A DNA stretch of 41,773 bases from Actinomycetota bacterium (GCA_005884515.1 VAWS01000050.1:1-41773), one strand, 5' to 3'. Positions 18,117-25,249 are shown, counted from the first letter of the stretch. Numbers and translations are program-made. The notes: generated by a model from the sequence alone, not told the origin.

Positions 18117-19886
18117 TTACTGTTCGATCTTGAACTTCCGCTTACGGAGCACCGTGCCACCGCCGAGCGCCGCGAGCAGCATCAGGATGCCTGCCCAGGT
18201 GTACGCGCTGTCCGCAACGCCGGTCTTCGGCAGGATGGCCTTGACGAACGTCTCGGGCTCGGTGAGGGTGCCGGTGCCGGTGACGGGGACCTTGGCGTTG
18301 GTGATGCCCGTCACGGTCGTCTCGCCGCTGCCCGGAGCCGGCTTGCAGTTGGACACTGCACCTGCCGCCGTCGCGATGTCCTTGATCTTGCCGCCACCGC
18401 CGCCGGTCTTCAGCGTGACCGTGAAGGTCGCGTGACCACCGGGCGGGATGGTCGGCAGGCCCTTGTCCCACACGACCTTCGCCGTCGTGAGTCCGTCTGC
18501 CGTCGGCAGGTTCGGGCTGCTCGGGTCCGGCGTGGCCGAGGTGACCTGGAAGGTCGCGGTGCCTTCGATCGTGTCGATCTGGTCCGTCACGTTGCTCAGA
18601 ACCAGCGGGCACGACCAGGGGTTGTCGACCTGGATCGTCGTGGTGAACGACTTGCCGCTCTCAACCGTCGTCACGTCCGGCGTCTTCGTGACCGGGATCG
18701 GGCAGTTGATGCCGCCGGCCGGAACTGCCGCAGCCGCTTCGAGGTGACCGACGCTGAGGTCGAGGACGTGCCCCGGGATCTCAGGGATGTTCAGGAGCTT
18801 GAGCTCCACCACGTTGACCGATCCGGACGCTGCCGTTCCGGCCGCGTTCACGTTGCCCTTGATGTTCGGGCCCGTCGAGGACATCAGTTGCTCGAGAGTC
18901 GCGATCTTCAGCTGCAGGAGCAGATCCGTGCCGGCGTCGCCGGCCCCCGGCGGGATCTGGATGTCGATCCCGTTCGGGCCGGTTACCTGGTCGGGAAGGA
19001 TGTGGATCGGAGCCTGCCCGGGAGGCGTGATCGTGACCAACGGCGCGATGTAGTCGATGTTGTCCTTCTTGTTCGCGTGATGGGTCCCGTCAACCTTGAC
19101 CACCAGGAGTGCGGGTGCGACGTCAACTTGGATGTCGTTTCCGGTGCCCTTCAACAGCACGAGGTGCACGGCGTGCGTCATCGCAACGCTCGCAAGACCG
19201 AGGCCTGGACCGGCGCCCGGGTACAGCTGCGTAAACGACGCCGACTCGACGACACCCGCGTGCACGAGTGCTTGCTTGAACGAGTCGTCAGCGTTCGTTC
19301 CCATCCCCGAGTCGATGTTGATCGCATCGGCTGCAGCGAGGCGAGAGAAGCCCGACGAGATCGGCTCGCCAATCACGCAGGTGTTGGTGTTCCAGTTCGC
19401 AGCCGCGGTCGTGTGGAATCCGTCTACCCACAAGAGCGGGCTGCCCGGGACGTGCAGCGGGTCTTTGTCGTCAACCTTGGGACCGTTGGCGGTCGCGGCC
19501 TGCGACACCAGCGGTGCGATCTGGTTCGGATCGTCCTTGGTGACACCGAGACCAACCTCGGCGACAGATCCCTGACCGTACGACTTGTCCGCCGTGAATC
19601 CCTTGGGGAGGATCGGACGGTTGAACTCGTTGTACAGCGCTGTGGGAAGTCCTTCCGACGAAACGACTGCGTTCGACTGGCCGACTTCCACATTCGCCAC
19701 CTTGGTGCCCATCAGTTCGAGGGCATCAACATGCGCGACTTCACCACTCGCGAAACCGCCGTATGGGCCGCCCGTTGCGGCCGCGCTGACCGGAACCGCG
19801 AACGCGGTTACGACCACGCCGGTCATGAGTGCGATCAGAGACGCAGAGAACTTCCGTGCGGCGCGTCCCCCGCTAACTTTCAACAT
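18117..19886 (-). CDS. Sortase-anchored (LPXTG) cell-wall surface protein
   Basis: Has an N-terminal signal peptide. The C-terminal sorting signal is LPKTG, then a hydrophobic helix (AYTWAGILMLLAALGGGTVL), then the RKRKFK tail. Start taken at ATG 19886, which has an AGGGGG SD 6 nt upstream. Confidence 0.88.
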   Translation of the reverse strand: MLKVSGGRAARKFSASLIALMTGVVVTAFAVPVSAAATGGPYGGFASGEVAHVDALELMGTKVANVEVGQSNAVVSSEGLPTALYNEFNRPILPKGFTADKSYGQGSVAEVGLGVTKDDPNQIAPLVSQAATANGPKVDDKDPLHVPGSPLLWVDGFHTTAAANWNTNTCVIGEPISSGFSRLAAADAINIDSGMGTNADDSFKQALVHAGVVESASFTQLYPGAGPGLGLASVAMTHAVHLVLLKGTGNDIQVDVAPALLVVKVDGTHHANKKDNIDYIAPLVTITPPGQAPIHILPDQVTGPNGIDIQIPPGAGDAGTDLLLQLKIATLEQLMSSTGPNIKGNVNAAGTAASGSVNVVELKLLNIPEIPGHVLDLSVGHLEAAAAVPAGGINCPIPVTKTPDVTTVESGKSFTTTIQVDNPWSCPLVLSNVTDQIDTIEGTATFQVTSATPDPSSPNLPTADGLTTAKVVWDKGLPTIPPGGHATFTVTLKTGGGGGKIKDIATAAGAVSNCKPAPGSGETTVTGITNAKVPVTGTGTLTEPETFVKAILPKTGVADSAYTWAGILMLLAALGGGTVLRKRKFKIEQ

Positions 19887-20275
19887 GAGCAACCCCCTAG
19901 GTTGTCCAGCGTTACATCACTAGTCTTTCGCCACGGAGAGAGCAAAGCCCTGTCTCAGGTACCCGTTCCTTCGGTGACAAACCGGCAAGGTGGTCGTACC
20001 TGTCTCTCCGCCTACCTCAACGACTCCCGAACTCCGAAAGTCACGTGACAATGGCACGTTTGGGCTAGTCATTTCAACCCCTACCTTCCATGACCTAGGA
20101 AATCGGAAATGGACTCGCTCGTTCCAAAAAGCTCATTTCTCCTGGTGAGAGGCCGTCCGGCGCACACTTTGGAAAATTGGACAAAAAGGGCGCATTTGAC
20201 CACGGAGCGTGATAATCCAGTGGTCCGGTAATCTGTAACAGTTCGCTCGCCAGCAACAACGGGAACAACTGTGGC

Positions 20276-22339
20276 ATGGGTCGGATCACGCGGAGTGCCA
20301 GGCGAGGGGCATTTGCGATTCTTTTGTCGCTGGCGTCGGCGTGTTCCCTGACGCGCTTCGCGCCGCCGACGGCGACCCCCCTTCAGCTCCGCTCGACGAT
20401 CGTTGCGGCCGACGGGACGCCGCTCGCAACCCTGTTCGCTCAGAACCGCACGGCCGTTCCGGCGCACGCGATCCCGAGCGTGGTCAAGGCCGCGACGATC
20501 GCTGCGGAAGACGCGCGCTTCCTCAGCCACGCCGGCATCGACTTGAAGGGCATCGCGCGCGCATTCGTCGCGAATCTCGCAGCCGGTCGCGTCGTGCAAG
20601 GAGGGAGCACGATCACCGAACAGCTTGCGAAGCTGATGTACGGACCGAACGCACCGCGGACGCTCGGCGAGAAACTTCGCGAAGCACGTCTGGCCGCGTG
20701 GCTCGAGAACCGCTACTCGAAGGACGAGATCCTGTCGATGTACTTGAACCGCGCGTACTTCGGTCACGGTGCCTACGGGATCCAAGCGGCGGTCGAGACG
20801 TACTTCGACGTTCCGCTGCGCGCGATAGATTCGTCACGCGCAGCACTTCTGGCCGGACTTCTGCGCGCCCCGGCGGCGCTCGATCCTTTCCGAGACCCAT
20901 CGGGCGCACTCGCGCGACGCAACGAGGTCCTCGCGCGTATGCGCGATGCCGGAACGATCAGCGCCGCGGAGGCCGCGCGCGCTTCATCAGCGCCGCTTTC
21001 GTTGCGCACGCGCCCGTTGCCGACGAACGCGCACGCTCCCTACTTCGTCGAGTACGTCGAAGACCAAGTGCTGTCCGATCCCGCTTTCGGCGCGACCGAG
21101 CAAGAACGACAGGATGCGCTGTACCGAGGCGGGCTCACCATCCGAACGACACTCGATCCCCGTCTGCAGAACGCAGCCGATCAAGCCGTTTCCGGCGTGC
21201 TCGGACGCGTCGGCGATCCGGATGTCGCGTTGATCGCGATCGATCCGCACACGGGTGCCGTGCGGGCGATGATCGGCGGAAAGGACTTCGCGCGCGCGCC
21301 GTTCAACCTCGCGGTGCAGGCGAGGCGCCAACCGGGGAGCGCCTTCAAGCCGTTCGCGCTTGCGGCGGCGATCGAAGACGGCATCTCGCCCGACAAGACG
21401 TACCAGTCGTCGGAAACGACCTTGCATTTCGATGCGTACTCGAGCTGGCGCGTTCGCAACTACGACGGCGCCAGCGGGGGCATGATGTCTCTTCGCACCG
21501 CGACGGAACGCTCGGTCAATGCCGTGTACGCGCGCTTGGTCATGGACATCGGCCCGGGCGCAGTCGCCGGTATGGCGCAGCGCGCCGGCATCACGTCACC
21601 GCTCGAGACGTTCCCATCGATCGCGCTCGGCGCGCTCCGGACGGGTGTATCGCCGCTCGAGATGGCCTCGGCATACGGGACGTTCGCGAACGACGGCGTG
21701 CACATGCCGCCGCACGGGATCGCGCTCGCGAAGGACGCGTCGGGCAACGTCTTGTCCGACGAGGGCGCGCTGCGCGGGACGCCGGCGATGGATGCGGGCA
21801 TCGCCTACGAGGTCACGAGCGTCCTCCAGGACGTGGCGAGGTACGGAACCGGCGCCAACGCCCGGATCGGACGGCCGATGGCCGACAAGACGGGAACGAC
21901 CGACCGACACCGCGACGCATGGCTCGTCGGATACACGCCCGACCTCGTGACGGCGGTGTGGGTCGGCTACCGCATCCCGCGGCCGATGACGAACGTCTAC
22001 GGGATCAGCGTCGTCGGCGCGTCGTTCCCGTCGACGATCTGGCGACGCTTCATGTCGCGCGCGGAGGCGGGCAAGAAGGTGCGCGACTTCGACGTTCCGG
22101 CCGCGCTCATGCACGTGCGCGTCGCGGGTAACGGAACGTGCATCGCCGCGCCCGATCAGCCCGGAATGGACGAATCGCTCCCTGTGTCCCTTGTTCCATC
22201 GTCGCCGTGCCCGCGCCCGACTCCGCCGGCTCCGTCGCCGTCGCCGAGCCCCGCCGTCCCTTCTCCCTCGCCGTCAGCAACTGCGTCTGCGTCGCCGAAG
22301 CCCTCTCCGTCTCCAAAGCCTTCGGTTTCTCCGCGCTGA
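20276..22339 (+). CDS. Class A penicillin-binding protein (GT51 transglycosylase plus transpeptidase)
   Basis: Glycosyltransferase motifs are AAEDARFLSHAGID and GGSTITEQLAK. Transpeptidase motifs are SAFKPF (SxxK), SVN and KTGTT. The C-terminal tail is Pro/Ser-rich. Confidence 0.92.
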   Translation: MGRITRSARRGAFAILLSLASACSLTRFAPPTATPLQLRSTIVAADGTPLATLFAQNRTAVPAHAIPSVVKAATIAAEDARFLSHAGIDLKGIARAFVANLAAGRVVQGGSTITEQLAKLMYGPNAPRTLGEKLREARLAAWLENRYSKDEILSMYLNRAYFGHGAYGIQAAVETYFDVPLRAIDSSRAALLAGLLRAPAALDPFRDPSGALARRNEVLARMRDAGTISAAEAARASSAPLSLRTRPLPTNAHAPYFVEYVEDQVLSDPAFGATEQERQDALYRGGLTIRTTLDPRLQNAADQAVSGVLGRVGDPDVALIAIDPHTGAVRAMIGGKDFARAPFNLAVQARRQPGSAFKPFALAAAIEDGISPDKTYQSSETTLHFDAYSSWRVRNYDGASGGMMSLRTATERSVNAVYARLVMDIGPGAVAGMAQRAGITSPLETFPSIALGALRTGVSPLEMASAYGTFANDGVHMPPHGIALAKDASGNVLSDEGALRGTPAMDAGIAYEVTSVLQDVARYGTGANARIGRPMADKTGTTDRHRDAWLVGYTPDLVTAVWVGYRIPRPMTNVYGISVVGASFPSTIWRRFMSRAEAGKKVRDFDVPAALMHVRVAGNGTCIAAPDQPGMDESLPVSLVPSSPCPRPTPPAPSPSPSPAVPSPSPSATASASPKPSPSPKPSVSPR

Positions 22340-22350
22340 CACAAGGGAAC
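22325..22350 (+). promoter_or_regulatory. SigB/SigF-type promoter candidate, GTTT-N16-GGGAAC, for membrane protein gene 22380
   Basis: Plus strand reads GGTTTctccgcgctgacacaaGGGAAC. It straddles the PBP stop codon (22337..22339), with the -35 box in the last PBP codons and the -10 box just downstream. It lies 29 nt upstream of ATG 22380. Confidence 0.45.
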
Positions 22351-22379
22351 AAACAGATCACGGAAGGAGGGTGTTGAAC

Positions 22380-22856
22380 ATGGCTCTCGAACACGAGCAC
22401 ATCCACGAGGTGCACGAGTCCGTCGTTTCTGAAGAGCCGGCCGCAGTGCGCGAGCCGTTCGGCATCGCACAGTTCTTCTCGCTGGCGATCGGCATCTTCC
22501 TGATCGTCATCGGCGCGATCGGACTGGCACGCGCAGGACTCCACCACATCGATTCTCCGACCGTGTCGGTCGGTCCCTTCACGATGACGCCGTTGCTCGC
22601 GGCCGTGAAGCTGTTCCTCGGTCTGGTCGGCTTGATCGGCGCTGCCGGTCGAGCAGCCGCGCGCGGCGTGTGCATGTTCATCGGGCCGGCGCTGCTTGCC
22701 GGCGGGATCGTTGCGCTGATCCAGAGCGTCAGGGTCCTCGGCTGGAACCGAGCGGACGCTGTTATCTACATCATCTTGGGCAGCGCGTCGATACTCGCCG
22801 CGCTGGTGACGCCGATGTTGACGTCGTACTCGGAACGCCGCGTTACCGCGGTGTAA
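22380..22856 (+). CDS. Four-helix membrane protein with His-rich N-terminus
   Basis: Tail of track ORF 22191..22856, from MALEHEHIHEVHE. A GGAAGGAGGG SD lies 8 nt upstream. Confidence 0.8.
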   Translation: MALEHEHIHEVHESVVSEEPAAVREPFGIAQFFSLAIGIFLIVIGAIGLARAGLHHIDSPTVSVGPFTMTPLLAAVKLFLGLVGLIGAAGRAAARGVCMFIGPALLAGGIVALIQSVRVLGWNRADAVIYIILGSASILAALVTPMLTSYSERRVTAV

Positions 22857-22860
22857 GGGA

Positions 22861-22980
22861 CTACGCGTCGGGGACCGGCTCGGGGTTCTCTTCCTCGAGG
22901 GCGCGCGCCCGGCTCTTCACCCGTTCGTCGTCGGGCTCTTCGCCGTCGGGGACGCGTTCATCGATCATCTCGTCGCCCAT
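22861..22980 (-). CDS. 39-aa highly acidic mini-protein (not in ORF track)
   Basis: Hand translation gives MGDEMIDERVPDGEEPDDERVKSRARALEEENPEPVPDA. Third codon positions are almost all G/C. A GAAAGGAG SD lies 6 nt upstream, and a promoter motif lies 27 nt upstream. Confidence 0.6.
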   Translation of the reverse strand: MGDEMIDERVPDGEEPDDERVKSRARALEEENPEPVPDA

Positions 22981-23007
22981 ATCGGGCTCCTTTCGACCGC
23001 TCGGGAA

Positions 23008-23033
23008 CTACCCACGTCTGCGGCCGGGCAAAC
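23008..23033 (-). promoter_or_regulatory. SigB/SigF-type promoter candidate, GTTT-N16-GGGTAG, for the 39-aa gene
   Basis: Minus strand reads GTTTgcccggccgcagacgtGGGTAG. Confidence 0.55.
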
Positions 23034-23035
23034 GG

Positions 23036-23069
23036 ACGTAAAAGCGCGCGCCCCACAGGGCGCGCGCTT
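23036..23069 (-). terminator. Intrinsic terminator after the 50-aa membrane gene
   Basis: A 12-bp GC-rich stem (23042..23053 with 23058..23069) and a CACA loop. On the minus strand TTTTAC follows. Confidence 0.6.
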
Positions 23070-23088
23070 CGATCGTCTCTCGTTGACG

Positions 23089-23241
23089 CTACCAGCGATA
23101 CCACCGGCGCTCGGGTCCGTGCGCGACGAAACCGATGAACCAAAGGATGAGCGCAGCGATCGCGACGTACCAAAGCACCTTCAAAGCAAAGCCGGCGCCG
23201 AACAAGATCACGACCAACAGCAAGATCAGAAGTGCCGCCAT
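23089..23241 (-). CDS. 50-aa two-helix hydrophobic mini-protein (not in ORF track)
   Basis: Hand translation gives MAALLILLLVVILFGAGFALKVLWYVAIAALILWFIGFVAHGPERRWYRW. A GGGAGGG SD lies 4 nt upstream. It resembles the small lmo0937-type membrane peptides. Confidence 0.65.
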   Translation of the reverse strand: MAALLILLLVVILFGAGFALKVLWYVAIAALILWFIGFVAHGPERRWYRW

Positions 23242-23295
23242 ACCGCCCTCCCTTCATCGTCTGTTGGTGCTCAGTTGATTCTGGTGCTCAGGTAA

Positions 23296-23321
23296 ATTCC
23301 CCCCCGCGAGCGCCGACAAAC
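23296..23321 (-). promoter_or_regulatory. SigB/SigF-type promoter candidate, GTTT-N16-GGGAAT, for the 50-aa gene
   Basis: Minus strand reads GTTTgtcggcgctcgcggggGGGAAT, 54 nt upstream of ATG 23241. Confidence 0.5.
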
Positions 23322-23343
23322 ATGGGACGAAACGGCTGTCGAC

Positions 23344-23381
23344 GTGAAAGGAACGAGCCGGCGCTCGGAAGCGCCGGCTCG
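23344..23381 (-). terminator. Intrinsic terminator after the Rho_N-domain gene
   Basis: An 11-12 bp stem, CGAGCCGGCGC (23354..23364) with GCGCCGGCTCG (23371..23381). On the minus strand TTCCTTTCAC follows. Confidence 0.55.
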
Positions 23382-23398
23382 GACGGGGTCCTGTTGCG

Positions 23399-23743
23399 TT
23401 AACCGCTACGCCCGCGTCTCCGATCGACCGCGGAAGCCAACTGGCGCTTGCTCATCTTCGAGCGGCCTTCGATCCCGAGCGCCTTCGCTTCGTCGTAGAG
23501 CTGATCGCGCGTACGCCCGCGCGGCCCGTGGTGCGAACGAAGCCCGCCACGACGCGAGGACGAGATGTCGGTACGCGAAAGACGGGAGCTCTCCTTCGCT
23601 TCGCCGGCGCGCGCGCGCTCTTTGTTCACGGTGCGCGCAGCGATCTCTTCTGCGGTGTCTTCGTCGCGACCGTGCTCGAGCAGCCCTCCTTTGATGTGCT
23701 CGTACTGACGCTCACGCTTCTCGCTCCAAGCCCGCTGCGGCAT
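23399..23743 (-). CDS. Small basic protein with C-terminal Rho-N/SAP-like helix-extension-helix motif
   Basis: Starts MPQRAWSEKRERQYEHIKGGL and ends with TRDQLYDEAKALGIEGRSKMSKRQLASAV, which looks like a Rho termination factor N-terminal domain. Start taken at ATG 23743, 7 nt after a GGAGGTG SD. Confidence 0.8.
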   Translation of the reverse strand: MPQRAWSEKRERQYEHIKGGLLEHGRDEDTAEEIAARTVNKERARAGEAKESSRLSRTDISSSRRGGLRSHHGPRGRTRDQLYDEAKALGIEGRSKMSKRQLASAVDRRRGRSG

Positions 23744-23781
23744 GTGACAACACCTCCACATATTTCGTGGTCTTTTCAATC

Positions 23782-23806
23782 ATTCCCCGCCGCGTTTTCC
23801 GTAAAC
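23782..23806 (-). promoter_or_regulatory. SigB/SigF-type promoter candidate, GTTT-N15-GGGAAT, for the Rho_N-domain gene
   Basis: Minus strand reads GTTTacggaaaacgcggcgGGGAAT, 38 nt upstream of ATG 23743. Confidence 0.5.
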
Positions 23807-23823
23807 GGCTCGCGAAAACAGGC

Positions 23824-23849
23824 GTTTGGCACGCACAGGCAATGGGCAT
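23824..23849 (+). promoter_or_regulatory. SigB/SigF-type promoter candidate, GTTT-N16-GGGCAT, for the His-tagged membrane mini-protein
   Basis: Plus strand reads GTTTggcacgcacaggcaatGGGCAT, 59 nt upstream of ATG 23909. It sits back-to-back with the 23782..23806 element. Confidence 0.5.
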
Positions 23850-23908
23850 TAGCAGCGACAGGACGTGCACCACCGGTGCATCGCGAGAGACGATGAAGGA
23901 GGGTAGAG

Positions 23909-24190
23909 ATGGCCGACCTACACCACCACCACGGCGATACAAGCAGCACTACCGTCGTGAGTGAGGGCTACGATCGAGAAGGCCCGGCCACAGCATTGAT
24001 CGTTCTCCTGATCCTTGCATTCGTGGGATTCTTGATCTGGCTCTTTGCTTTCAGCGGGATCATGTTCGGACACAACGGCAGCTCAACGACCAACAACAAC
24101 GTCAGGATCCAACAACCGGTTCAGCAGCCTGCCAACCCGGGGACGAACTCCGGCAATACTTCCGGCGGCGGCTCGCCGATGCCGACCTAA
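23909..24190 (+). CDS. 93-aa single-pass membrane protein with N-terminal HHHH and Asn/Gln/Gly-rich tail
   Basis: Starts MADLHHHHGD, has one helix (LIVLLILAFVGFLIWLFAF), then a low-complexity tail. A GAAGGAGGG SD lies 5 nt upstream. Confidence 0.75.
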   Translation: MADLHHHHGDTSSTTVVSEGYDREGPATALIVLLILAFVGFLIWLFAFSGIMFGHNGSSTTNNNVRIQQPVQQPANPGTNSGNTSGGGSPMPT

Positions 24191-24206
24191 CCCAAAGAAG
24201 AACGTG

Positions 24207-24236
24207 CGACGCGCGCCGGGAGACCGGCGCGCGTCG
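24207..24236. terminator. Bidirectional terminator hairpin between convergent genes
   Basis: A 13-bp perfect stem, CGACGCGCGCCGG with CCGGCGCGCGTCG, and a GAGA loop. The minus-strand side has T-rich flanks (GTTCTTCTTTGGG). Confidence 0.6.
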
Positions 24237-24251
24237 GCTTGTATGGCCCTG

Positions 24252-24743
24252 CTAGTCGAACGACGGCATCGCGTCGGTCCCGGCCGACATCTGTCCGGCC
24301 GGAACGACGAAACGCACCGTGGTGCCCCGTTCTTCGTTGCGCACGATCTCAGCGCCCGGGAACAGTGAGCTGATAAGCGTGAGCCCGAGCGATCCTTCGT
24401 ACAACCCGGCCGCCGGCGTCACGGCGCCGTCCGAGACCGCCTTCTGCAGCTCGGTGTCGATCCCTCCGCCGGCGTCGACGACCTCGAACTGCAGATCGCC
24501 GTCCACGAGGCGCGCGAGCAGCTCGATCGGCTCCAACGTTTCCGTATCGCGATGCGCTTTGACGGAGTTCGTGCACGCTTCCGACACAGCGACCTTGACG
24601 TCCTCGACGACGTCCTCGTCACATCCGAAGTGGCGGGCGACCGAGCCGGCGAACATGCGCGCCATCGCGATGTAGTCCGCTTCCGGAGGGATGCTCAGGC
24701 GAAGCTGCTCGGTCGCTCTGTCTTGGTCAGTTCGCGTTGCCAA
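24252..24743 (-). CDS. RsbW/SpoIIAB-type anti-sigma factor serine kinase (HATPase_c)
   Basis: 163 aa with a TTG start 6 nt after a GGGAAGGA SD. The N-box (SEACTNSVKAH), G1 (VVDAGGGI) and G2 (GSLGLTLI) motifs are all present. Confidence 0.85.
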   Translation of the reverse strand: MATRTDQDRATEQLRLSIPPEADYIAMARMFAGSVARHFGCDEDVVEDVKVAVSEACTNSVKAHRDTETLEPIELLARLVDGDLQFEVVDAGGGIDTELQKAVSDGAVTPAAGLYEGSLGLTLISSLFPGAEIVRNEERGTTVRFVVPAGQMSAGTDAMPSFD

Positions 24744-24767
24744 TCGACGTCCTTCCCGCGGAGGGCC

Positions 24768-25115
24768 TCAGCCCGCCGCGACCGCCTGCTCGACCGATTC
24801 GTGGATCGGGAAGACGTTGTTCAGTCCCGTGATCGAAAGCACGCGCAGGACCGGCCTGCTCGAGCAGACCAACGACAGAACGCCCTCGTGCTCCTTGACC
24901 CGCTTGAGCCCGCCGACGAGCGTCCCCAAGCCGGTGCTGTCCATGAAGGACACGCCCTGCAGGTTCACGATGATCTTGTAGCGGCCTTGGTCCACGGTCT
25001 CCACAAGCCGCTCGCGCAACTTCGGAGCCGTGAACATGTCGACCTCTCCTTGGACGTCGACGACCGTCCACGGGCCTTCCTGACGCGACTCAACGACGAA
25101 GTCGATCGCCGCCAC
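24768..25115 (-). CDS. STAS-domain anti-sigma-factor antagonist (RsbV/SpoIIAA-like)
   Basis: 115 aa. GEVDMFTAPKLRERL, and the conserved phosphorylatable serine context FMDSTGLGTLVG. The start (GTG 25115) is uncertain by a few codons. Confidence 0.88.
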   Translation of the reverse strand: MAAIDFVVESRQEGPWTVVDVQGEVDMFTAPKLRERLVETVDQGRYKIIVNLQGVSFMDSTGLGTLVGGLKRVKEHEGVLSLVCSSRPVLRVLSITGLNNVFPIHESVEQAVAAG

Positions 25116-25142
25116 CCCCTCTGTAGAATCGGCCTGGCTAGA

Positions 25143-25169
25143 TTACCCAGCGCATGTTCCCACCAAACC
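25143..25169 (-). promoter_or_regulatory. SigB/SigF-type promoter candidate, GGTTT-N16-GGGTAA, for the STAS/kinase operon
   Basis: Minus strand reads GGTTTggtgggaacatgcgctGGGTAA, 27 nt upstream of GTG 25115. Confidence 0.6.
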
Positions 25170-25191
25170 GTCATGCTACCCATGTCCAGCG

Positions 25192-25219
25192 GGTTTCCAC
25201 TTCCAAGCCCTGGGGGTAA
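25192..25219 (+). promoter_or_regulatory. SigB/SigF-type promoter candidate, GGTTT-N17-GGGTAA, for the anti-sigma/sigma operon (autoregulation)
   Basis: Plus strand reads GGTTTccacttccaagccctggGGGTAA, 30 nt upstream of GTG 25250. Confidence 0.6.
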
Positions 25220-25249
25220 GACTCTTCCACCTGAGCCCAAGGAGCCCAT

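Noticed and set aside
19934-20013. Possible cyclic-di-GMP (GEMM-I) riboswitch, because the plus strand contains GCAAAGCC and ACAAACC strings
   Set aside because: Only these short strings resemble the consensus. I could not lay the two-hairpin GEMM architecture with its tetraloop and receptor onto the sequence. It is kept only as an unassigned structured element.
19920-20072. About 50-codon minus-strand ORF (MTSPNVPLSRDF...) with a GGAAGG/AGGGG run upstream, in the LPXTG/PBP spacer
   Set aside because: Third codon positions are AT-rich and many rare codons are used, unlike every confident gene in the window. It is more likely non-coding leader sequence.
20241-20266. Weaker promoter-like matches: GTTC-N16-GGGAAC 9 nt before the PBP ATG; GTTT-N14-GGGTAC at 19959-19982 (-); GTTG-N15-GGGAAT at 9182-9206 (-) upstream of the SDR/GH15 genes; GGGTAA 10 nt before GTG 18029 (-); GGGTAT/GGGAAT at 28567-28576; GTTT-N18-GGGTCC at 4150-4177
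   Set aside because: Each has a mismatch in the -35 tetramer, an out-of-range spacer or no -35 element at all. They were not counted among the 11 sites but are worth scoring once a matrix exists.
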